Under the pieces are notes generated by a model. That model was not told the origin of the DNA and did no database searches. It saw nothing but the letters and a program-made list of their open reading frames with translations. Made by a program: the position numbers and the translations under genes. 64,000 bases of DNA from an uncultured Alphaproteobacteria bacterium (lineage in GTDB: Bacteria > Pseudomonadota > Alphaproteobacteria > Rs-D84 > CACZYB01), in contig CALXYK010000004.1 in the NCBI GenBank assembly GCA_944392955.1, positions 3,419 to 67,418 on the forward strand, in the 5' to 3' direction. Shown piece after piece: positions 15,049 through 23,632 of the stretch (position 1 is its first letter; the number at the start of each line of letters is the position of its first letter).

Positions 15049-15272
15049 AATTATATCTCCTTTTTAGTTTTTTACCTTTTCTTATGTATTGATATCCAAC
15101 ACATAACTAGATTCTAACTATTAAAAACTGAATAAGTCAATAAAAAATCAAGGTTTTTCTTAAAAAAACCCAATTTTGATAAAAAAAAACGAATTTTTAA
15201 CCTAAAAAAATTCGTTTGTCCCAAAATTTAAAAAATATTCCTACAATAGATTCTCTCAAAATCACAGAGATT

Positions 15273-15893
15273 CTAAAACAATCCTTTATAAACAGTATTC
15301 TCTTTTATCTCTCCTGACACCTGTAAGAAGTATCTTGAATCATACAAAGAAGCCCCCTGATCATCAACTGAGCATTTAAAGAAAGCATCATTTGTTCTTT
15401 TGTTTCTGCAATCCACATAAACACCATCACTTATAACATCCTCTAATGTAATCCTATTAGTAGCAAGTCCTATTAAAACTTCTGCACCTGCCAAAATAAC
15501 AACACCTATAATTAACATAGAAAGATGCATCCACTTCATATCTCCTTCATATGCAGCCTTAACAAAAATCCATAACAACATAAACACAGCCGCAACATAT
15601 ATCACCTTTCTAAATTGTTGGAAAAGTTTTTCAAATGCATGCACCATCTTACGCCATGGACCTAAATCTGCCTCACCTATTTTAATATCTTTAACAGAAC
15701 AAAAAGCCTCTAACTTCTCATTCTTAGTATTTGCAGATTTTAATACCGAAGGACAATCTTTATTTATTTTATTAACCATATCTTCTGTAAAACGAAATGT
15801 ATTATTACGACTATTATAATTTCTTGTCTGAGCAAAAAGTGATGATGAAAACAAAGTAAATATCAAAACAAATAGTAACATAAACTTTTTCAT
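15273..15893 (-). CDS. hypothetical secreted/membrane protein
   Basis: Signal peptide (MKKFMLLFVLIFTLFSSSLFA) followed by two adjacent hydrophobic helices. No recognisable catalytic motif. Confidence 0.45.
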   Translation of the reverse strand: MKKFMLLFVLIFTLFSSSLFAQTRNYNSRNNTFRFTEDMVNKINKDCPSVLKSANTKNEKLEAFCSVKDIKIGEADLGPWRKMVHAFEKLFQQFRKVIYVAAVFMLLWIFVKAAYEGDMKWMHLSMLIIGVVILAGAEVLIGLATNRITLEDVISDGVYVDCRNKRTNDAFFKCSVDDQGASLYDSRYFLQVSGEIKENTVYKGLF

Positions 15894-15946
15894 ATTAAAT
15901 CTCCTATAACAAATCAATGATAACACAAAAAAGGCAATAGTGCAAT

Positions 15947-17170
15947 TTATTTATTATCATCAACCAACAATGAAATATCATTTGATTCTAAATCTATTTT
16001 TTTGTTAGTTTTTGCACCTAACTCCCTCATGCTTTCAGCCAAAGAAATAGCATTTCCCCTACCTGTTGATAATTGTTTAAATGCCTCATCATAAGATTTC
16101 TTAGCATTAGAAAGTCCCTTATCTATACCTTCCATATTTGAAATAAAGCCCACCAACTTATCATATAAAAGACCTGCTTTTTCTGCAATTTTTCCTGCGT
16201 TTTGATTTTGCTTTTCAATATTCCATAAATTTTTAACCGTCCTTAAAATAGGCAAAATAGAAGATGGTGTAGTAATTGCAATATTATTTTTATAGGCAAC
16301 ATCGTAAATAGAATTATCTGCCTTCAATGCTTCTATATATGCATGTTCATTAGGTATAAACATAAAAACAAAATCCAAACTATTATCTTTTAAAAATTTT
16401 TGATATTCTTTATTTGATAACTCTAAAATATGTTTTTTTATAGAAGACAAATGTTGTTCCAAAAACTTTTTTTGCATATCTGGATTATCTGTTTTAATAA
16501 AATCCACATAGTTAGAAATAGACACCTTTGAATCTATTATAAGTTTTTTCCCATCAGGCAAAGAAATTATACAATCAGGTCTAAGATTTTCACCATTTTC
16601 CCCCTTTAAATTAAATTGCATTTGATAATCAATTCCTTGCTCAAATCCAGCCATATCCAAAATATTTTTAAGTTGTCGTTCCCCCCAATCGCCCTGTATT
16701 TTTGAATTTCCTTTTAGGGCATTAACCAAATCATCAGCATTTTTGGAAAGGTTTTCGTTCATATTTTTCAAATCATCAAGATGTTTTTTCAAAAATCCCT
16801 TATCCTCACGATTAACTTCATTAGTCTTTTCTATCAAAGATTTAAAGTTCAATATCTCTGTTTTAAAAGGATTTAAAATAGTATTTAAATTTTCCTGTTG
16901 CACCTTGGAAAAATCGTCTTTTTGAACTTTTAAAACCTTATTTGAAATATTTTCAAATTTTTCTTCTAATGTTTGTTGCATCAATGCTAATTTAGAAGAA
17001 GCATTTTCCCTTTCAACAGATAACAAAGCCGAAAGTCGTTCCTTCTCAATTCTTAAATTTTGAAAATCTGTATCAAGTTTTGCCTTTTGGGAAAGTATTT
17101 TTTTTCTATCCAACAACAAAAAAACACAACAAACAGATAAAATAAAAAGCATCATTAAAACTATTGTCAT
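15947..17170 (-). CDS. rmuC: DNA recombination protein RmuC
   Basis: N-terminal TM segment, long coiled coil and C-terminal RmuC nuclease-like domain. Confidence 0.8.
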   Translation of the reverse strand: MTIVLMMLFILSVCCVFLLLDRKKILSQKAKLDTDFQNLRIEKERLSALLSVERENASSKLALMQQTLEEKFENISNKVLKVQKDDFSKVQQENLNTILNPFKTEILNFKSLIEKTNEVNREDKGFLKKHLDDLKNMNENLSKNADDLVNALKGNSKIQGDWGERQLKNILDMAGFEQGIDYQMQFNLKGENGENLRPDCIISLPDGKKLIIDSKVSISNYVDFIKTDNPDMQKKFLEQHLSSIKKHILELSNKEYQKFLKDNSLDFVFMFIPNEHAYIEALKADNSIYDVAYKNNIAITTPSSILPILRTVKNLWNIEKQNQNAGKIAEKAGLLYDKLVGFISNMEGIDKGLSNAKKSYDEAFKQLSTGRGNAISLAESMRELGAKTNKKIDLESNDISLLVDDNK

Positions 17171-17242
17171 TTTTAAAATAATCTCCTATACTATATAGAA
17201 ACAAGATTATAATAAGAAAAAAAGAAAAAAGAAAGAATAAAA

Positions 17243-17782
17243 GTGAGTATTAAGAAAAATTTATCATTAGTAATAGAGCCAGATCCGATTTTGCACCAAA
17301 TCGCAAAACCAGTAGAAGAAATTACCCCTGAACTAAACGAAATTTTTAATCAAATGGCAGAAATAATGTCCAAATTTGATGGTATAGGTTTGGCCGCACC
17401 ACAGGTTGGATTATCAAAGGAAATAATAATAATAGATGCCGAAACTATTGCCAGAGAGGAAAAATTAACCATTCCATCTGAACGATATATAAAAATAATA
17501 AATCCAGAAATAATAGAAGTATCAAAGGAAACCTGCATAAAAGAAGAAGGTTGTCTCTCACTACCTACTATATATTATTCTGTTGAACGCCCTGCCTCTA
17601 TCCGTGTTAAATTTTTTAACGAAGAAGGTGAAGAAATAATACTAGAAGCTGATGGATTATTAGCCCGTTGCATAGAACACGAAATAGATCATTTAAAGGG
17701 TAAAGTTTTTATTGATTATGTAAGTCCTTTAAAGAAAAAGATTGCATTATCAAAATTAAAAAAAATGAAACCTAAACCATAA
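17243..17782 (+). CDS. def: peptide deformylase
   Basis: GTG start. Motifs GIGLAAPQVG, EGCLS and HEIDHL. Confidence 0.9.
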   Translation: MSIKKNLSLVIEPDPILHQIAKPVEEITPELNEIFNQMAEIMSKFDGIGLAAPQVGLSKEIIIIDAETIAREEKLTIPSERYIKIINPEIIEVSKETCIKEEGCLSLPTIYYSVERPASIRVKFFNEEGEEIILEADGLLARCIEHEIDHLKGKVFIDYVSPLKKKIALSKLKKMKPKP

Positions 17783-17789
17783 AATTACA

Positions 17790-18716
17790 ATGAATAAAAA
17801 ACTAAATATAGTATTCATGGGGACACCCGAATTTGCCGAAACTGCATTAAAAGCATTATTACCAATTCATAATGTTATAGCAGTGTACACAAAGGAACCA
17901 AAGCCGGTAGGCAGAAAAATGATTTTAACAAAATCCCCTGTCCACGAATGTGCTATACAAAACAATATACCTGTATATACACCTAAAACATTTAAAGACG
18001 AAGCCATAGTAAATCAATTAAAGGGATTAAATCCCGATATGATTATAGTTGCTGCCTATGGGAAAATTTTACCTCAAAATGTATTAGATATTGCAAAATT
18101 CGGATGTATAAATATACATGCTTCAATTCTTCCTAAACTAAGAGGAGCAAATCCTATACAACGTTCCATAATAAACGGCGATACAATAACCGGTATTACT
18201 ATAATGAAAATGGATGCCGGTATGGATACTGGGGATATATTATTACAAGAAGAAACAGAAATTTCAAACACAATCACCTATAAGGAATTAGAGAATAAAC
18301 TAAGTGAAATTGGTGCAAAACTTATACTAAAATATATAGATAATATGGGCTCCATAAAACCTATAAAACAAGATGATACACGGGCAACTTTGGCACCAAA
18401 ACTTCAAAAGGAAGAAGCCATCATAAATTGGAATAATACCGCCAATCAAATTCATAATTTAATAAGGGGATTATCACCACACCCTTATGCTACTTGTTAT
18501 CATAACAATAATCCTTTAAAAATAATAAAAAGCGAAGTTGTAAATGATACTCATAACTTTGAACCAGGAACTATTTTAAATAAAAATATGGACATAGCAT
18601 GTGGAAACAACACCATTTTAAGAATATTAGAAATTCAAAAAATAGGTGGGAAAAAACTTCCTATAAAAGATTTTTTAAATGGATATAAAATAGAAATAAA
18701 TGAAAAATTACAATAA
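17790..18716 (+). CDS. fmt: methionyl-tRNA formyltransferase
   Basis: Formyl-transferase motifs (NIHASILPKLRG). Follows def. Confidence 0.9.
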   Translation: MNKKLNIVFMGTPEFAETALKALLPIHNVIAVYTKEPKPVGRKMILTKSPVHECAIQNNIPVYTPKTFKDEAIVNQLKGLNPDMIIVAAYGKILPQNVLDIAKFGCINIHASILPKLRGANPIQRSIINGDTITGITIMKMDAGMDTGDILLQEETEISNTITYKELENKLSEIGAKLILKYIDNMGSIKPIKQDDTRATLAPKLQKEEAIINWNNTANQIHNLIRGLSPHPYATCYHNNNPLKIIKSEVVNDTHNFEPGTILNKNMDIACGNNTILRILEIQKIGGKKLPIKDFLNGYKIEINEKLQ

Positions 18717-19459
18717 TGACAAGATATAAAATTGAAACAGAATATGTAGGTACAAATTATTCAGGTTGGCAGATTCAGGAAAAATCACCTTCTATACAAT
18801 CTGCAATACAAGAGGCAATTTTCAACTTTTGTCATGAACAAACATTCGTATATTCATGCGGACGAACCGATGCAGGTGTCCATGCCATAAATATGCCTGC
18901 ACATTTTGATTTAAGCAAAGATTACGACGAATATAAAATTTTAATGGCAACAAATTTTCACCTTAAAAATAACAATCATCAAATATCTATTAAAAAAGTA
19001 GAAAAGGTATCCGATGATTTTCACGCAAGGTTTTCTTGTAAAAAACGCCATTATATCTACAAAATAATAAATTCACCAACCCGCCCAGTTATAATGGAAA
19101 ATCGTGCATGGTGGATATATAAAAAACTAGATGTTCCATATATGGAAAAGGTTGCACAAAATTTAATAGGCAAACACGATTTTTCAACTTTCCGTTCATC
19201 ACAATGTCAGGCAAAATCACCAATTAAAACTATTGATGAAATAAAAATTCATCAAAACAACGAAGACATAGATATTTATATTTCTGCAAAATCCTTTCTT
19301 CATCATCAAGTAAGAAATATAGTTGGAACATTATCCCTTGTCGCTGAACATAAATGGACAGAGCAAGATTTTATAAATGCCTTAAATGCCTGTGATAGGA
19401 CAAAGGGAGGACCTACCGCACCTGCATGTGGCCTATATTTTAACTATGCCGAATTTTAA
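18716..19459 (+). CDS. truA: tRNA pseudouridine(38-40) synthase
   Basis: Catalytic Asp in the GRTDAGVHA motif. 247 aa. Confidence 0.9.
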   Translation: MTRYKIETEYVGTNYSGWQIQEKSPSIQSAIQEAIFNFCHEQTFVYSCGRTDAGVHAINMPAHFDLSKDYDEYKILMATNFHLKNNNHQISIKKVEKVSDDFHARFSCKKRHYIYKIINSPTRPVIMENRAWWIYKKLDVPYMEKVAQNLIGKHDFSTFRSSQCQAKSPIKTIDEIKIHQNNEDIDIYISAKSFLHHQVRNIVGTLSLVAEHKWTEQDFINALNACDRTKGGPTAPACGLYFNYAEF

Positions 19460-19474
19460 ACAAAAGGAAAAGAT

Positions 19475-20020
19475 ATGAAATTTATAATACATCTTATCGC
19501 ATACCCTGGGGCTGGTAAATACACAATAGCAAAGGAACTTTGCAAAGATAAGCAGTTTAAGTTGTTTGACAACCATATTGTAAATAATGTACTATTCAGT
19601 TTAACTGATTTATCAAAATCCCTACCAACATTTAAGGATAAATATATAAATAAATTATACAAAACTGCATTTGAATATTTTGAAAAAATTGATATAAAGG
19701 AAAATATAGTATTTACTAACTTCTTGGAAAATTCTAAAAATGATAAAAAATACCTTAAAATGATAAAAAAATTTGCTAAAAAAGCAAACTTTTTATACAT
19801 GCCTGTATTGTTAACTCCGAATACACAAACTCTTTTATCTCGTGTTCAAAACGAAGAGAGAAAATCAAAACTAAAATTAACAAACCCACAAATCGCACAA
19901 CAGGTATATAATTCTGTATTAATAGGAATAAAAGATAAAAACAAAATGATAATAGATAATTCCAATCTATCCCCTGAACAAGTTGTAAAAATAATCAAAA
20001 ATAATTTAAAAAAAATATGA
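19475..20020 (+). CDS. P-loop NTPase / small kinase-like protein
   Basis: Walker A YPGAGKYT at the N-terminus. 181 aa. No further assignment. Confidence 0.5.
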   Translation: MKFIIHLIAYPGAGKYTIAKELCKDKQFKLFDNHIVNNVLFSLTDLSKSLPTFKDKYINKLYKTAFEYFEKIDIKENIVFTNFLENSKNDKKYLKMIKKFAKKANFLYMPVLLTPNTQTLLSRVQNEERKSKLKLTNPQIAQQVYNSVLIGIKDKNKMIIDNSNLSPEQVVKIIKNNLKKI

Positions 20021-20310
20021 ATAAACATATACTAAAAATACATCTATGTCCTAATGCAAAAAAAAATAATATTTGCGGAATTTATAATAACGAATATTTA
20101 AAAATATCTATATCTTCTCCTCCTGTTGATGGAAAGGCAAACGAAGAACTGATAAAATTTCTAGCCCGTAAATTGGATATACCTAAATCAGATATAAAGA
20201 TAACAAAGGGACAAACAACCAGAAACAAAATAATAGAAATAAATACAGACAATAATATAGAAAAAAACTTAAACAAAATTTGGTGCACCCAAGAGGATTC
20301 AAACCCCTGA
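20017..20310 (+). CDS. YggU-family protein (DUF167)
   Basis: DUF167 core ([25 protein letters not shown]). The ORF 3' end runs about 30 nt into the opposite-strand tRNA, so its true stop is uncertain. Confidence 0.55.
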   Translation: MNKHILKIHLCPNAKKNNICGIYNNEYLKISISSPPVDGKANEELIKFLARKLDIPKSDIKITKGQTTRNKIIEINTDNNIEKNLNKIWCTQEDSNP

Positions 20311-20357
20311 CCTTTGGCTCCGGATGCCAACGCTCTATTCAACTGAGCTATGGGTGC
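20281..20357 (-). tRNA. tRNA-Arg (anticodon CCG)
   Basis: Manual cloverleaf. Acceptor stem GCACCCA/TGGGTGC. D-stem GCTC/GAGC. Anticodon stem TTGGC/GCCAA with loop ATCCGGA. T-loop TTTGAAT (U instead of C at position 56). 3' CCA encoded. Confidence 0.8.
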
Positions 20358-20473
20358 CAACAATAAAAACGATTGTATAAAAACTTTCCATAAAAGTAAA
20401 TTTTTTTTTGAAAACATCTTTATTTTAAAAAAAAATAATGATATAATGACAAAAGTAAAATAAAAGAACAAAA

Positions 20474-21286
20474 ATGACAAATAATGCAAAAGTAATAGTT
20501 GTTGGTAATGAAAAAGGTGGTAGTGGAAAATCTACACTTTCCATACATTTGGCAATTGCATACCTTTATTCCGGATATAAGGTCGCAACAATAGATTTAG
20601 ATGGAAGACAAGGCACACTCACCCATTACATAGAAAACAGGGTAAGATATGCAAATGAAAAGAACCTTGATTTGCCTATGCCTGAACATCTTGTTGTTAC
20701 ACCTTCACAATTTTCCAATAGACGAAGTTCTAATGAAGATGAGGAACAACTTGATGCCGAAATCAAGGATTTAAAAACAGAATACGATATAATAATAATT
20801 GATACACCCGGAACATATAGTCATCTTTCCAATGCGGGACATAAAAATGCGGATATTTTAATTACTCCGGTAAATGATAGTTTAGTTGACATTGATGTCA
20901 TTGCAAACATTGACCCTAATACAAAGGAAATAATATCAGAATCTCAGTATACTAATAACATAAGAAATATTCAAAAAATAAGAAAAGATATAGGAAAGGA
21001 TGATCTATTTTGGATTGTATTAAGAAACCGAATTTCACACATAGACGCAAAAAATAAACGAGAAGTTGACAACATTTTAAAAAAATTACAAACACAACTT
21101 GGTTTTACATATATTTCAGGAATAGGTGAAAGAGTTGTATACCGCGAAATGTTTTTAAAGGGACTAACTATACTTGATCTTTTAAAAACAGGAACAGACG
21201 AAATTACAATATCACACATCGCAGCTAAAAATGAACTTTTAACAGTTCTAAATACAATAAATATCCCTTTAAAACAAGATATATAA
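20474..21286 (+). CDS. mipZ: ParA-family ATPase MipZ (division-site positioning, FtsZ-polymerisation inhibitor)
   Basis: Motifs VIVVGNEKGGSGKST, LDLDGRQGT, IDTPG, TPVNDSLVDID, VLRNR and VVYREMF. These match the Caulobacter MipZ pattern as I recall it. Confidence 0.75.
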   Translation: MTNNAKVIVVGNEKGGSGKSTLSIHLAIAYLYSGYKVATIDLDGRQGTLTHYIENRVRYANEKNLDLPMPEHLVVTPSQFSNRRSSNEDEEQLDAEIKDLKTEYDIIIIDTPGTYSHLSNAGHKNADILITPVNDSLVDIDVIANIDPNTKEIISESQYTNNIRNIQKIRKDIGKDDLFWIVLRNRISHIDAKNKREVDNILKKLQTQLGFTYISGIGERVVYREMFLKGLTILDLLKTGTDEITISHIAAKNELLTVLNTINIPLKQDI

Positions 21287-21294
21287 AGTAAGGT

Positions 21295-21567
21295 TTATTT
21301 CCAACCTTTTAACAAATCGTTTATTATTTTTAACGGATCTACACCTATTGCCTTTGCAATATCAGCAAATTCAATAACATCTAATCTTCTTTCTCCGTTT
21401 TCATACTTTGAAACATAAGATTGATTTTTATGCAATTTATCTGCAACTTCTTTTTGTGTAAGTCCAGATTCCTTTCTTGCCAATAAAAGCAACTTTAAAA
21501 ATAAATTATAATTTTCTGTAAAAACTGATTTAGTCATCTTCTCCTCCATATATTTCATTTTAAGCAA
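21295..21567 (-). CDS. XRE/Cro-like helix-turn-helix transcriptional regulator
   Basis: Helix-turn-helix motif LTQKEVADKLHKNQSYVSKYENGER. 90-aa ORF; the real start may be an internal Met. Confidence 0.6.
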   Translation of the reverse strand: MLKMKYMEEKMTKSVFTENYNLFLKLLLLARKESGLTQKEVADKLHKNQSYVSKYENGERRLDVIEFADIAKAIGVDPLKIINDLLKGWK

Positions 21568-21685
21568 AGAATAACCCTTATTTGCATATATCCCAAAATC
21601 AAATAATAAATTTATTCTTTAATATAACTTAAATGAAAAATATATAAATATAAAGAAGTTGAAATTCTTTTTAATTAACAAAAAT

Positions 21686-21964
21686 TTAAAAAGCCCTGTC
21701 CACTCCCTTTTTTACCATATTTTGTATAAAAGAAACTAAATACCGCTGTCCCTCTAAAAACCTTAATTCTTCATTAGAAGCAGTCGCTGGCAAATACCTA
21801 TCCAAAGTAATAGAAATAAGATAGGCCAAAACCTTTTTCCCCTCATCTGAATTAAAAGTTTTTGCGAAATAAATAGGAATAATATCAGATTCCTTTTTTA
21901 AACTTTTACCCAAATTAAATAAATTAATAGTATCAAAAAATTTTTTATCCATAAAAACCTCCAT
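21686..21964 (-). CDS. hypothetical protein
   Basis: Start trimmed to an internal Met because the first 13 codons of the ORF coincide with the upstream terminator hairpin. Confidence 0.3.
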   Translation of the reverse strand: MEVFMDKKFFDTINLFNLGKSLKKESDIIPIYFAKTFNSDEGKKVLAYLISITLDRYLPATASNEELRFLEGQRYLVSFIQNMVKKGVDRAF

Positions 21965-21992
21965 AAAAAAAAAGGGCTTTAAAAGCCCTTTT
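21962..21992 (-). terminator. rho-independent terminator after the 22011-22679 gene
   Basis: On the minus strand: AAGGGC-loop-GCCCTT hairpin followed by a run of 9 T. Confidence 0.5.
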
Positions 21993-22010
21993 GATAACCA
22001 CAAATAAAAG

Positions 22011-22679
22011 TTAAATAAATATCTGTCCTGTTAATTTAACACTTTTAGGAAAAGCCCTAACACTGCTTTTACCACTTAAATAGATATGACCATCAACAAG
22101 GTTGTCCCCCATAAATGTCACACCATCAGCATTCACAAGATAAATATTACCAAGAACCTTAAAATTCTTAGGTATTTTTAAAAAATCTATATCTTTAATA
22201 TAAACATCGCCCAGGATACAAGTATTAGATTTAAGATAATCCAAATGCCCCTTTGAAAAAACAATATCACCTTTAACTAACAAAGTCTTAGGAGAGATAT
22301 TTTTATTTTTCAAAACAAAAGATTCTTGTGAAGTTAAAACCTGTCTTGAACAATTCTTGCCGGCACAAACTATACGATAATCATCTAAATATTTATCCCC
22401 TACATACTTTTTTAATCCCATAGTCATAGGAATATCTCTTTTAAACTCCTTACCTTCGTCATAAATATAATTCAATTTAGTAGGACGATTAAAAGGCACA
22501 AAAATATTTTCAGGTTTTTCCACCTTATTTGCAACAATATAGGCCTTTACCTTAAATTTTTCAGAATCAATAGCCGACCTGTTCAATGATTTAAGGAACA
22601 AAATACCCCCCACAATCATTAAAAACAATCCAGTAAAAACAAGCACATATCTTTTTTGTTCTGTATTCATAAGAGTCAC
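22011..22679 (-). CDS. hypothetical membrane-anchored protein with beta-rich repeat C-terminal region
   Basis: N-terminal TM helix (VLVFTGLFLMIVGGILFL). The C-terminal half contains short G-D/N-I/V-hydrophobic repeats (GDIVFSKG, GDVYIKD, GNIYLVN, GHIYLSG). Confidence 0.45.
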   Translation of the reverse strand: MTLMNTEQKRYVLVFTGLFLMIVGGILFLKSLNRSAIDSEKFKVKAYIVANKVEKPENIFVPFNRPTKLNYIYDEGKEFKRDIPMTMGLKKYVGDKYLDDYRIVCAGKNCSRQVLTSQESFVLKNKNISPKTLLVKGDIVFSKGHLDYLKSNTCILGDVYIKDIDFLKIPKNFKVLGNIYLVNADGVTFMGDNLVDGHIYLSGKSSVRAFPKSVKLTGQIFI

Positions 22680-22750
22680 CTTTTATTCAAACTATACAGA
22701 TAATATATCCTTATTTTTTTATTTGTCAAGTATTTTGTTTATAATTTTTG

Positions 22751-23632
22751 TCATATTTTAAAATCAGTCTTAACACGAAAACTTCCCAATGGGTAATTCC
22801 TGATTGGAAATATATTTTTCTTAGACGTCAATGGCATTTTTATATGCTCGCTTAGTATGGCACCCGCCACACTATCCAAACCATCATCATAACCGTTCAC
22901 ATTATCAAAATTCCATTCCGAAAACTCAGAAATAAACGGAGTTTGCCTTACCTTTTCATTAACAAATAAATATCCTGCCGAGGTAATAACATCAAAAGCA
23001 TCTAAAATCCTTAGATTTTTTGAAACTTTTGAATGTTTAGGAATAATTGTTGTAAAAATATTCATCTTTAATAATTCAGACTTCAAAAATTCTGGTAAAA
23101 ATTTACCAATTCCATTACTTTCCACATAAACAACAGGAATATGATTCCTTTGTAAAAAAGCCCCAACCTTACAACATTGTTCATGAGCAGATTGAACCTC
23201 TTGCCCATCAGAATGATAAAGGTATTCTATATCATGCAGGTAAAATTTCCCTTCTGTATCAATAAAGACGACAGAAATTACACTTCTATCACCATCTTTT
23301 GAACCATACGCAGGATCCCACCAGCAAGATACTTTTTCTATTTTTTTGCCTGCTATTGAAAAATTCAACAAATGATTCCTTTCTTCCATTAACAAATCAT
23401 CTGAATAAAAGGAAAGTTTTGACACATCAAACCTTCCCTCTTTCATATCAACAGGAATAAGCATCATTTGCGAAGAAAACTTTTTCAACCCAACCGTTTT
23501 TTTTAATTTTTCTATTTTTTCAATAGGAAATTTTTCATTCCAAACTGGTTTTCCATTTTCCATAACAGGAATTTTCAAAACATCATATCCAAAAAGAAAT
23601 GCTTCCTGATTTTCATCATCATTCATCTGCAT
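22751..23632 (-). CDS. phage large terminase, C-terminal nuclease-domain fragment (T7 gp19-like)
   Basis: RNase-H-like nuclease motifs: CWWDPAYGSKDGDRSVISVV, VVYVESNGIGK, NGYDDGLDSVAGA. These match the T7 gp19 C-terminal half as I recall it. No ATPase domain. An in-frame TAA lies immediately before the ATG. Confidence 0.8.
   Translation of the reverse strand: MQMNDDENQEAFLFGYDVLKIPVMENGKPVWNEKFPIEKIEKLKKTVGLKKFSSQMMLIPVDMKEGRFDVSKLSFYSDDLLMEERNHLLNFSIAGKKIEKVSCWWDPAYGSKDGDRSVISVVFIDTEGKFYLHDIEYLYHSDGQEVQSAHEQCCKVGAFLQRNHIPVVYVESNGIGKFLPEFLKSELLKMNIFTTIIPKHSKVSKNLRILDAFDVITSAGYLFVNEKVRQTPFISEFSEWNFDNVNGYDDGLDSVAGAILSEHIKMPLTSKKNIFPIRNYPLGSFRVKTDFKI

Noticed and set aside
20474-21286. Reading the ParA-like ATPase as a phage/plasmid partition protein of the adjacent element
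   Set aside because: Motif-by-motif resemblance to MipZ (VIVVGNEKGG.GKST, LDLD.RQ, TP.NDS.VD.D, VLRNR, R.VYRE.F) and the absence of a downstream parB-like gene favour the chromosomal FtsZ-positioning protein. A formal tree would still be worthwhile.
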